Below are positions 1 through 17,000 of a stretch of 64,000 nt of DNA, piece by piece. This DNA comes from Klebsormidium nitens (taxonomy: Eukaryota; Plantae; Klebsormidiophyceae). The position numbers were made by a program, and so were the translations under genes. The notes beneath the pieces were generated by a model. The model worked only from the letters and a program-made list of their open reading frames with translations. It was not told where the DNA came from and did not search any database. Every line of letters starts with the position of its first letter. The first letter of the stretch is position 1. Location of the stretch: contig DF237354.1 of NCBI GenBank assembly GCA_000708835.1, forward strand, positions 20,328 through 84,327. Reading direction: 5' to 3'.

Positions 1-1
1 G

Positions 2-2623
2 GCGCCGGAGAGCCAGGTCCTGGCAAACGCAACTAACTGGTGAGGCGCCTGGTTAAAAAAGTTACAGCCGTTTGCGTCAAACTGCGATCGGATTTCAGTC
101 TCTCGGAGCATAGTTGCTGATCTTGAGCCGTCTAATGCCTTCGTGGTTCCAGCGCACGCTCCAATATCAGGGACCGTGCTCGGAGAACTTGAAATCCGAT
201 GGTAAATTTGACGGGAAAAGCTGTAACAAAGGTTTCGAGCATGCAGAGTCAGTGTTCTGTGCTTATGATCCGGAAAGGGGTCCTGTTGTAGGATCAAGCT
301 GCCTGAACGGCAGTGCTACAAGTGGCGCTCTGGGTCCTACTTCGAAGCAATAAAATGTACGAAGCCCCCGGCGAATGTCAGCAACTTGACGTGTTTGACG
401 TCTTGTGGTGTACGCATTTGCTTGGCTTGCAAGGTTACTTCAAGAAGTGCCTCGAGCATGGCTTGCAATGAAGGTACTCGAAATAGCGTAACCAGTGTCG
501 TTCAAGTAGGCCTTCGGTCCAGCCGTTTTTCACCTGTGCTTTTTGCAGGCGACTGAAGCCTGGGGGCGGCGGTGTGAATGCGTCCATCTACAGCGCAGCA
601 GGGCGCGCCTTCGTGCAGGCAACAAAGGCGCAGGGGGAGTCGCTCGCCCCGGGGGCAGCTTTGCCCGTCGAACTACCCCCTGCTTCCCCGCTGCGGAGCC
701 AGGAGGGTGTAACCCACGTGATTCACGTGCTCGGTCCGAACATGAACCCCCAGCGCCCGAACTGTTTGAACGGCGACTATGAGGCTGGGGTAAGACTGCT
801 CAGGCAGGCCTACCGGGCGCTTTTTGAGACTTTTTCAAGCTTGGCGAGTGGTCGGGGGTCTGAGCCGGGGGAACGGAGAGAGGGGGCGGGAGAGAGACGG
901 GGTGTGACGGAGGGAGAAAATCTGAGGAAAGGTTTGGGAACCGACAGAGGCTCGGAGGGGTTTGAAAGAGGGGTTAAGGAAGCGAGTTTAGAAGCAGGTC
1001 CAAGCAGAGCGGAAGCGAAAGGCAGTGCGGAGAAAGGAAAGCCGGTCAATGCCTTTGCAATCATGATGCAGTCCGCCAAGAAGCGCGAATCTAGCGGCGG
1101 GGCGAAGGGAACGGAAGACGGAAAGAAGACCAGAACGGAAGGCAACCCTGTCGCCCGGGAAAGTGCCCCGAGCGCAAAACCCGATGCGAAACCCGGCGCC
1201 AAACCCGAGGCAACTCCTTCCAGGGGGGGCGGTGGGTGGGCGGGAAAAGGGGGGTGGTCCGAAGCGCTGAGGGACGTGGCGCTACGGCCGGACCGGCACC
1301 AAGACGAGGTTTTGGACGAGGAGGGGGGCGCTGTCGTGATCAAGGATCTATATCACAAGGTGAGAGGTTCGTTGCATTCCCCTTTCCGCCCCTATACATC
1401 GCTGTGGTTAAGCTTCTGCTGCTGCTTATGCGGGAGCTGCGAGGAGCCCGGAAAGACGATTGCCGAGTGAATACGAATATTAAGGTGACTTTGGCGACTT
1501 TCTTTGGCAGCTCTTCCATCCATCGCACGTTGAAAGCCACCATCTGTCATTGGCGTGCGCAGGCGATTTACCGCAAAAAAAATTCTTCGTCTGCCCTTCT
1601 AGTACTGCTTCTCCGGACGTCCTCCAAGAAGCACTGAGTCACTCTTTCCCAACCTCTCGCAGGCGAAAGTGCACTACCTGGTGTTGGCGTGTGCGGACGG
1701 TTTGGACACTCCGTACGACCTCGGACGCGAGCACCTGTCGCTGCTGGAGCAGATGGTCAAGCTGGGCCGGCGGTGGGCGGCGCGCGCGTCCGAATCGGAC
1801 CCTGACCTGCGGTTTCGTTTCGGGTTCCATACGGTTAGTCTTCGTAACCCCTATCACCGCGAGGCCGACTGTTAGTTCCCGCCCAAGCTGCTCTTTTGTG
1901 TTCGGTTCCAACTGGTTCAACAAACATTCGAGGCCAGCCGTAGGCACCTTTCAAGCTGTTCCGCCATTGGGAAGCTCCTGTAGAGTTGGAACGGAGGTAT
2001 AAACGTACGAAGTGCTTGGCGAAAGCCAGCATCACGCGCTCCTTGCAAAGCTGTTGCTTGAACGACTGGTCATTTGCGGGACCCATAGCGCCATCCGCGA
2101 AAATCCGCATTCGACCTGCAACTTCGCTGGCGAAGCTTCTTGCTTCGAAGCATCGAGCATGAAACCAAACATGGGAAATGTGGTGAAGAGAGCCAACTTG
2201 CACACAGAAGCTTGAGGCAGCCAATATGGTCGCAAACACATTACGAGCTTCTGATTGTTCCACGGGGGTACTAACTTCTTCATGTTCGTTTTGCAGGAGC
2301 CGTCGATGCGCCAAGTGCACCTACACGTGATAAGCCAGGACTTCGAGTCGGAGCACCTAAAGAATAAGAAGCACTGGAACTCCTTTACCACGCCCTTCTT
2401 CCGGGACGCGACAGCTGTCATCGCCGAGATAGAAACGGACGGACAGCTGTCTCGACCGACCGCAGACGCTACGGATGGGTTGCTTAAAAAGGAGCTACGC
2501 TGCCACCGGTGCCGGTGTGTGCAGCCAAACATTCCGCGCTTGAAAGCGCACATCCGGGCGTGCGATGCGCCGCTTCCGGGAGAGGTGGTCAGCTCGAGTG
2601 ACGTAGTAGGAACCGTCGACTGA
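2..2623 (+). CDS. APTX: Plant-type aprataxin (macrodomain + HIT + zinc finger; bHLH140-like), 5'-truncated by window edge
   Basis: Exons 2-39 (partial), 549-1359, 1663-1833, 2297-2623 have GT-AG boundaries that keep the frame. Macrodomain motifs ANATNW|RLKPGGGGVNA and IHVLGPNMNPQRPNCL; HIT region DLYHK|AKVHYLVL...GFHT|EPSMRQVHLHVISQDF; KNKKHWNSF; C-terminal CHRC...KAHIRAC zinc finger. Confidence 0.93.
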
Positions 2624-3385
2624 TGTAAAGCAGGGCTGTTAGGGTATCAAGGCCGCTCAGGGATATTGAAACAACGTGCAACTGATAATCATAAGTCTCT
2701 GCATCCGTCGGGAGATTGACAAACTGCAGGCCTAGTCAAACACCAGGCAGCCATGCAGGCAGCTGCAGCTAGCCTGAATATTGAAATGATCCACATTATA
2801 TTGTATTAAAACTGTTGTCTTCCTCAGGCTAGCTAAATTCACGGTGGTCTGCGATCAGTTGTGTACGGTATCCGCCGTTTTGCACCGCGGAGGCCGCCTG
2901 GCTGGACTCATCATCTGTACTTTGACACGCTGCCCTCTGGCACTGCATCTGGCATGAATAGAAGCAATATTCTATGTCCAATTGCCACATGCATGGTGCG
3001 CAACGCATGCAGCTGCCGTGATCGATCATGGACGGTGGATGATAATTGGCGCATGCTATATGTCAGTGCCACAGCCGAAAGCTTGAGCTAGCTGAGGAGT
3101 CCGTATACGTAGCTCTGACTTATTGGCTCGTGACAGAATTATTACCGGTGCATGTTGAACGGTCAGCATTTCTTGAAAGATACGGTATAAGAACAACCTG
3201 AAGTCAGCGATCCGACGATTGAGAGATCTCAGACTACCTAAACTCATCTTTGACGTCTGAACTAGAGCTCGATTCTAATCAGCCGCTCTACGCCTCTAGT
3301 CCTACAAAGAATCAAGGAATCGCGAGCCGGCTTTTCCTCTGAGAAGTGAGTAGCAGGACAGACATATTACCTTTGACCTGACAGT

Positions 3386-5840
3386 TTACCCGTCTGAGTG
3401 GAACGTATTATTGAACTTCCAAGTTCTGCACGAGTCTACCCAGCCGTCTACGACTACAGTCGGTTTCAGCGAGTACGCAGCTGCCGTCTCGCCAAACGTG
3501 CTCTTCGTGATCAGTAACCGGTCCATTTGCGTCAAGAGCCACCAGTCTATGTACGTCTTGGCAGCCGCCTCTATGGTCGTCGACTCTAAAATATGCGAGG
3601 GCATGTGCTTTGTGCTAAACGACCGGATCCCGAACTGGAACAGGTTCGTGTTCAAGTAATCTATCGCCTGCTGGTTGTCGCTCGTCACAAACACGATTAC
3701 CCGTTCCCGTAACCTACTCCGATCGTCCCACTTGTCGAGCTCGTTCATTGACTGCGTGCGCCTCCTAAACTCGTCTCTGATGATGTCGAACATTAGGTCT
3801 TCGTAGCACTCTAGCGGGGGGGGCTGGATGTGCCCCGTCAAAAACCCGTCGATGATCGGTGCTCCCTCCATTACGTACGTCCGAACCTGCACAAGCAAAG
3901 ATCAAAATATTTTGAGAACCAGCTCAAAGTAAACGGTTGACTGCCGTGACTTGAATTTCTGGAGAGTTGGAGACCAATGAGCTGGCAGACCAACCAGAAC
4001 ACTCGAACGGCGTGGCCGGTTCGTAAGGCGATCGTGTGGGTCGTGGACAGCTGTCAGATCTTATTGACAGCGATCGTGTGGGTCTTGTACAGCTGTCAGA
4101 TCAAATCAAGGTCAGATTTAAGCTGCGCTGGGCCATAGCCAGGGTGGCGCTTTATCAACACACATTAGCATGTTGTTCTCCAACGAAATTCGAAGTTCTG
4201 CACCTGTGTTCATCACCAAGTACTCAGAACATTCTTCAGAATTTTGATCATGCGAGGAGCCTTCTGGCCTTGAGGACGCTGGCCAGAGAGGACACAAACA
4301 GTTCATCCAAAAGGCGTCCCTTACTATGTATCACCTCGGAAAAAGTCAAGTGAAGTGAGATTCCAGATTTTGACAGCTGTCAACCCGCAACCGTGTGGAC
4401 AAATTCCAACTAGCCCTTCGAACCAATACTTGTGAAGCAGGGCCTGTCACTAACAAGCAGTGGCCGGTCCATCTTGTCTCTCTTTCAAGCAGAGTCGCCT
4501 TCATGCATTTTTCTCTAATTTTCCAAAAGTTCCTCCTACGTATTCGGTCCATTGGGAGGTTCAGGAGTGGACAGACGTGAGGCATCCAACAGATGCAGAA
4601 ACATAAATGCCTCACTTTGGACGCTTGAACACCAAAAGTAACTCTCATCATACATCCCAGGTCCAGAGGCTGGCAACCAAGTCGACAGAAAAAGTTGGAC
4701 ACCGATTTCAAGCCGGTCTTTGTCATGGGGTAAATGCTGAAGCGTATCCTGACCTGAACTGTATCTCACCCCACTTCTGTGACTCTTTCCCTGTCCTTTT
4801 AGCTACTCTCAAAGGCTTGGGAATAGCAGCCTTTGTAAGTGTCCTTTTACCACCCCCAGACCAAAAAGTGTTCAAAGGAGTAGAGTGGGTGGTTTAAAGC
4901 TCACCTGTACACCAATTTTGATCGTGTCCGGGTCATGCCAGTCCGGAAACCGCCGCACGTACTGGTCCATCTCCGCTTGAACGCACGGCGACGGCTTGAA
5001 CAACACCCGCAGCGCGACCGGGAAGAGATAGTGCTGCGGCAGCTTATCCATGTGGTAACCCTGGACTTCCTTCTTCAGATGCTCGTTCGTCAGGTATGCC
5101 TGCGGGTAGCCTAGGTTACAGATAAACCGGTGCAACCGCTTCCCGCTAAGCTCCTGCTCCGCGTCGAACGTCTCCACGTCGACTTTCCACAGCCGCTGGG
5201 GCCACTGGATCAACCAGTCCCAGAACTGCGTGTCCTGCTGCGAGCGCAGACTCGACTGCTTCAACAAGTTTCTCCCCACCGTGTCAACCTGCGCTAGTTC
5301 TGGTTTCGGCTCGTCAACCTCGTCGAACGGAGTCTGTATCCGTCCTTCCAGACCCTCGGCCCAAGTGCACGGCTTCTTGCTTTGCTTCCCCGTCTCGTTG
5401 TTGCCGTTGATTCGCCAGTCGTGTAACCGCGGCACCATGAAGTTTTCCAGTGGGTACGGGATGGGAGCGTTGATGAAGAACGAGCTTCCCGTCAACACCG
5501 ACAGATAGAACAGCGTGGAGATGCCCCGCAACCGGTCCCCCAAACCGTAACACTTCCCCTGCTCCAAGCAATCAAAGATGATGACTTTGTGAGACGGGTC
5601 TCCCTGCGCCGCCAGCAGTTTTGCGTGGTACTGCTCAGCGATACCGTCGGCTGCCCTGTCCAGAAACGCATGGGTTTCGTCTGGAACCCGGACGGTGAGC
5701 GAGCGGCGGAGGTTGGGCCCTGGGGAGTTGATGTTCAACTTGAGTTGGTGCCAGAGGAAGATGAACTGGAGTAGAACCACTAGGAACACTGTGCTGCAGT
5801 GAAACCCCGAGCGAAACGGCAGATGCCTCGAGAGCTTCAT
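3386..5840 (-). CDS. Type II membrane GT-B fucosyltransferase-like glycosyltransferase (GT37/GT23/NodZ-like fold), ~478 aa
   Basis: Two exons, 5840-4905 and 3886-3386 (intron GTGAGC...TTGTGCAG). N-terminal TM helix (STVFLVVLLQFIFLW), GLGDRLRGI motif, IGVQ|VRT across the splice, IVFVTSDN, and YIDWWLL...STFGETAA, as in the alpha-1,2/1,6-fucosyltransferase superfamily. Acceptor specificity cannot be determined from sequence. Confidence 0.8.
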
Positions 5841-7087
5841 TGCGCCCCTGGGGCATTTGTGGAGAGGGCAGAATCACTTCTCTAAGTTCATGAGTACAGA
5901 AAACCCACTAAAGCTCCCAGATTCAGGTCCTGGTTTGCTGATCTTCCAAGATCTGACTTTTTCGAAGGGGAATGGGGGGTGGGGTTACGGTTCTCGCAAA
6001 GTACTGTTCCTTTACTGACATCTTCTACAGGCGCTAGGGCAGCAAGAGGACAATGGCGGCCACACCATCTCAGGAAGTCCTGAAGTTTGAGAGACGAACG
6101 CTTCTGACTCTCCTGCGCTTCTCCGGCATTGCGCGCATGTCCTAGCAACAGAGGCTCAGAAACTTGCAGAATGCTGACCAAAGCAAGCCGGGCAGTCGCA
6201 ACTCACGAGTCACCGTTGACATTTTCAGAACGTGCAAACTGATCGTACCGACCAGTTTGACGGGTCGCCACGAATTCCGCGCGCCATTTATGACGCTAGC
6301 GTCGCAACGGAATCCTGAAAGTCCGTTTGGCTGCTTCCGCTACTGTAAATGTTCCGCTCCGCTAGACTGGTTCGGCAATGTCCGGCCGCTTAGGGACATC
6401 ATTACATTTGCTCCCTCGTAAATCTTCCCGGAAAGTTCATTCCGAGCATCCCATGAGACACAATCTTCCGTGTTAGATGGTGCTCGGGGATTGTCGTTGT
6501 GGTCGCCGGGTACCTTAATTTCCCGGGGACAGAGTCAAAGGTTTCAATGATCAACTGGCTTTGGATCCAGTCAAAAGTGGACACCTGTGCTGTTCGAGTT
6601 GTACGTGATCCCCTTGCTTTTTGCAGGGGGTACCGATACGTCCTCTTATCTACCCCCTGCCGATAAAGCTGCCCTGACCGTTTCGGAAAGCATGCTAGCC
6701 GTTGGATATCTAGCCTACTTATCGGACGAATCTTGTATGTAGATGATGTTATTCTCATCGACCGTCAAGATACATCTGCTTTCAGATCACATTTACTGGC
6801 AAGGTCATGTTTTTAAGCCCGCATTTCTAGATGCCAGCTGTCCAGCCCTCTGCAGAGAAGATGCTGATCACCTGCTGACGGGCGCAGCTCACCAGGCGAT
6901 GGCGCGCGTTCCAGAGAGATCTCGCAATGCTGCAGCATTGCAGGAAGCTGGGACTCGGAGGACGAGTAAAGCTTCTTCCAAATCCCTTCAGATTTGAATT
7001 TTACAGCATTTGGTCAGTCAAACGCCAAAGTCAAATTCGAGCATTAAGTTGTTGAGCGCACCTTGTTCTCCACTCTGATTCAACATC
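5841..7087. promoter_or_regulatory. Divergent intergenic region holding the promoters and 5' UTRs of the fucosyltransferase-like gene and AER
   Basis: The two start codons face away from each other ~1.25 kb apart (5840 - and 7088 +). No specific element was identified. Confidence 0.45.
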
Positions 7088-12465
<5,378 letters not shown>

Positions 12466-13982
12466 CTAGAGGACCGCTTGTGTTTGTGCGTGCTTTAGAG
12501 TTGTGGGCTGGCCAAAGGAGGAGCCGTTATAAAAAGATAGTCGGTTTTTTGGTTGGTTTCGCAGGTCTGCTAATATTGCGTTTTTCGTGTACCATAGCAC
12601 AGTCAAATATCCGAGAAAGCCTGAGACATTTTGATGCCTGCGTAGGTAGAAACCCTAGTAGTGGCCCATGTAGATTACAAGATGCAAGGACGCTTGTTCA
12701 TTCAACATTAAGAACGCATTACAGTCAAATGACAAGCTTTTCTTCTTCATTCTGAGCGCTCTTCTCATTTGTTCTGCCTCAAAACCTGACACGTGGAGGG
12801 TCTTTTGGAGGCACATGCCGCCTTGCACCAACTCCGAGTAGGGCGTGTGAATACAGTTTCCGTCGCAGATCGATGTCGACATGAAGTCGATACACCTCAA
12901 GGGAAGTTGGGCACGTCCTCCCTCAGAGGCCCAATTCCTGTGATCTTTTCCAAGAGAGAAAGAGCTTTTGCAACCTTCTGGCGTTGATCAGGCTTCAACT
13001 TCCAGAAAAGCAAATCGATATTGTTCTGGCTTCCTGCGGTAGAGTAATTTTGGGCTCGTGCTCAGACTCTAGTGACGCAGACCAATTTCGACCGGAAGAA
13101 GGGTGAGCGGGACAGGACTGGCGCTCTGCGGGTCCCGGAAACGAGGCCTGATTCTGCAACGTGAGGGGAGTGGTTAAAGCGGACCTGCGTCGTCAATGCG
13201 GGGTTGATGCGCAAGCGAGGCGGAAACGGCGAGAGCGTTCAAGAAGGTTTTCTTTAGGTGAGGGTTGAAGGCAGGTTTCGTATCTGTGCACTCGAGAACG
13301 AACTTGGACGCTTTGGCCGTTTCAAAATCCACGATGGCAGTTGGAGGGAACGATTGAGATTGTGGTGGGGAAAACATAAGTACTCTGGTTATAGTTGGGA
13401 AGATGGGTCGTCGAATAGGCACGTCACACATATTAACAGTGATGAATTGGGTTCAGAGCTTCCTTTTGGCCGACCGGTCTAGCTGGCCGTTTGTCGAGCT
13501 AGGGTTTTTAACTTCTTTGTGCGAGTATTTAACCAGTTTGGCCTATCACTATCACTGTGCCCGCGCTTTTTTCTTATGTGCTCACCAATCATTCCGATCT
13601 GCTCGGTTTCTTGTGAACGTCTCTCCGGTGTTCGCATAAGTAAACTTCGTTCTTCTTTGGCTCAGTCTGTCACACGCACAGAGGGCTCGTTGCACGAAAG
13701 ACTTTTGAGGTTGTCTTCCAGATATTTACCTGTTATACTTCTTTACGAAAACAATTGATTCTGGGTTGGAGTCAAGGTTATACCGATGCTAAAGGTGGTG
13801 GCTCTGATAGCAATTTAGCTGAGAGAGCGTCTCTCACTTGCGTGATTTTCATACTTGATGCCATGGTGATCGGTTCGAAGAAGAGCGTGGCAGAAATTAA
13901 CCGCCCTCGATCTAAAGTACGATGGCTTGGGGCACCCCAGCTGATTGCCCGTATCCATTTTCGTTTCCTTACTGGCTTCCCA

Positions 13983-14030
13983 TTTCCGCTTGCACTTCCG
14001 CTTCCGCTTCCGTTTCCGCTTCCGTTTCCG
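13983..14030. repeat. (CTTCCG/TTTCCG)n hexamer microsatellite
   Basis: cttccg cttccg cttccg tttccg cttccg tttccg run; it produces spurious RK- and PF-repeat ORFs. Confidence 0.85.
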
Positions 14031-17000
14031 TCCCTTCCTTCTTCGCCTGCTTTTGGGCTTCCTTACGCGCTCACAAGCGCACAACCAACTGTTTAAAGGA
14101 GTTCGCAGCTCTGCCGAAGCTGCGGTATACCCAGTCCAGTGCTGCACTGCGCAGTACAAGGCGCGAGTGTGTGTCGTGGCGACTACCTTATCCGAGTATG
14201 AGATTCTTTGGGCGCCGAAATCAGGACCTGGCAGTTACGAGACGCCGCCTTCAAGTATGTGGACACGTATTCTCTTAAAATTTGTCAAAAGACGTCGCCT
14301 ATCAAATTCTGCTGTTTCGATTATGCTTGTAACTCGCACCTCTGTTGCTATTCGTATGAAGTGCCTTAAGTGACGTTCGGCGTCTTCCTTAACCCTAAAA
14401 CGTCGACGTAAGCAAGACTTGGGTTTCTACATCCACGTGTCCACATTGTAAAACCCGTAAGAGACAGAGGGTGCGTTCGGTCCGTCGTCTGGCTACCTGA
14501 GTGCACCCGATTCAAGCCTAGTGGCAACCTTGTACAGTTCGATTAGCGTGGCTGCTGGCTATGATGCGTCTCAATCCCGAGTACTTTCGTGCTCAGCCTA
14601 ACTGCGCTCTGATGTCCGCTACAATATACGTATCGAATGCATCCCGTTTGTACAAACGCGCTAGTCCATCTACCTCGAGGACCGATTGGATAGAAAGACG
14701 CTCTTGCAAGAATCGTCATTGTTGACGTTCTAGCCGGGAAGACCTAACGCTGCCGACTTGTCAACCCGTGTTCTCTTCGATGCTTTGCTTAAATTTTGCA
14801 ACTTTGAATGCGGCTGGGGAACCAATCTTTTTGACCTTCTTGTGCTCAGCCGTATGCAGGCTCGATGAAGAGTATTCATATACAAAAGTCTTACCGATTG
14901 TCCCTTGCCCGTCCGTGATGCGATTGATGGATGTTCAACGCGCCGAGCGCCGTGTCCCTCACTGAATGGCCATTGAATCCGGTCCTGACATTCTCAACTA
15001 GACTTTAGTTTGCCATTTTCCTCTAGAGCGCTCCTTTCATTCTCCCGGCCAAGCTCTTCTTCTGTCCCTTAGTAACTTCTGATGCCTCCTAAGTGAGTTT
15101 TTAGGCTACCTACCAGCCAACCTAAATGGATCCTCGGGCTAGTACGTGCCCTTTCAAAATAGCGTGAACAGTATGAAGCTTTTGCTCCACAGCCTTACTT
15201 CGAGTGGGTGACTCAGAACAGATTATGGTTTGGGACCAGATTTTGATTGTGATTGTTAATTTGGTCTTAAAAGCGTTAATGTTTAGCTTTGGCATCAAAT
15301 TGTACACGGATGCCGCCTTCGTAGGGTTCAAAGAGCGGTTTGAACGGGCCATGATCCAAGTGTCCAATGGCAACAAGGCCGGTTTGCCCGGCTTGCTCGC
15401 CAGCGGAGATCCCAGAACACTTCTGGAGACGCCTCACGCATATTGCATTCTTTCAAGCCCCGGACTTTAGCGGGGCTTTCGCACCCTCTTGACCAAATTC
15501 AGCACCAATCAACGGCGGAATCTGCTTTATCCGTGTCCGCTTGCAGCTTTAGAAAGCTTTTCTACGTTGGCCATTGGGCCCAGCTAATTTCCGTTGGCAG
15601 TTCTTGACCGCGTGGTGCAATGAATTAACGGTCACAGGGTAGAGATCCACTGCCACCTGTCAGGTACTGGAATCTTTCACCTTCGTCTAGAGTGCGCTCT
15701 GTGACACTTACGCTGGCGCTCCAGATCCTTCATTGCCCTGGAATATTTCTCGAGTACTTGTTGAAAAGATGTGTTTCATTGATTGGACAACGTCTCAATG
15801 TCTGACCGTAAGCGACATTGAGCACGTATTGCATTCCTGCCCGCAAGGATTTGCAACGGCTGTCCAGCCAGTCAGCATGTTTGTTCAGATTTGACAATTT
15901 GGTTGAAGCGCTCTGTTTGTTAGCTATGATGGTAGACAAGCTGCTGAGTAGCGTCTCAACACCCTTCATCCGCCACCCGGTGATGCTAGTGTCGAAATTC
16001 GAGGTTTTACAGGAAGTGCTTTCGATCCGATGGCACCTGTCAGACGGGGGTGCACCGAGAGGCCGCCTTAAAGCTGAACCACGCTTTGCTTTCTGTGCGC
16101 CTTCCAACTTTCATTCTTCTTATATCCTTCTGGGGCACGCTGAGTCGTATGGCACTCATAGAAGTATTCGATGAGTGCCCAGTTCGATTGAGCGAGGAAG
16201 TGTCGTTTGCTGTGCATCCGTGTACCCAAAGACAGAAAATGTTTTGCAATAGCGGTTTTGAGGTCAGTCCATTAGCAACCACTTCCTCTCCCCCGTTCCT
16301 ATAGTCTCCGGGATTAGGAGCCTTTACGTCCTCCTTGTCTTGATATCTGCTGCATTGATTGGGCAGGTGCTGTTCCGCCCCGCAGTTTCCCGCAGTTATG
16401 TCGTCTTTAAAGAAAGTAAATGTGGCAATACGGGGACCAATGCGTGTTCAGCCTGGCACGCCCCGTGAATGGCAATGACCACTTTTGGCGACAAACCAGT
16501 GAGCACTTCTGACGCTCAGGAAAATGGCCAACGACGGAGTGCCGTCGCTGCCTTTCTACGTTCGAGAAATGTTGGAGAGGTGTCGCTATCCCTGTCATCT
16601 TGCAGGAATGGGAATCTTCAAGTATGTGAATATGACTTTTGACCCCAAGGTTGTATATCCACACGGAAAGCTTTTCTCGCGCAGAAGTTTATGAATCATT
16701 CTCTCTCGTCTGACGATTTTCAGTCACTGGGCACCGTCAAGTCTTGATTACCACGGCCCGAACATTCATTCGAGCATCATGAAGGTCCAAGTCATTATGT
16801 CGAAAGTTTGTCCCCGTGAGCTCGATGTCTGGTATGCAGTACATGGTCGGTTCTGAAGGTCTTTTTGTGGTGTCTTTGGTAGACCGTGATGAATGTGGGA
16901 GCTCTGAGGACCACAATTCCTCAGATGTGATTTTCCTGCAGCACCTTACGTCAGCGCGTACCCGTACGCAGCGCGTTTATGCTCGTTTAACTCGCTGCCC

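Noticed and set aside
810-1343. 177-aa minus-strand ORF and other ORFs overlapping the four host genes
   Set aside because: Antisense or alternate-frame shadows of GC-rich exons and introns.
6140-6152. CCTAGCAAC X-box-like half site in the divergent promoter
   Set aside because: Short, only a half match, and RFX factors are not known from plants.
13815-14373. ORFs with RKRKRK or FRFRFR runs (NLS-like)
   Set aside because: They are translations of the CTTCCG microsatellite.
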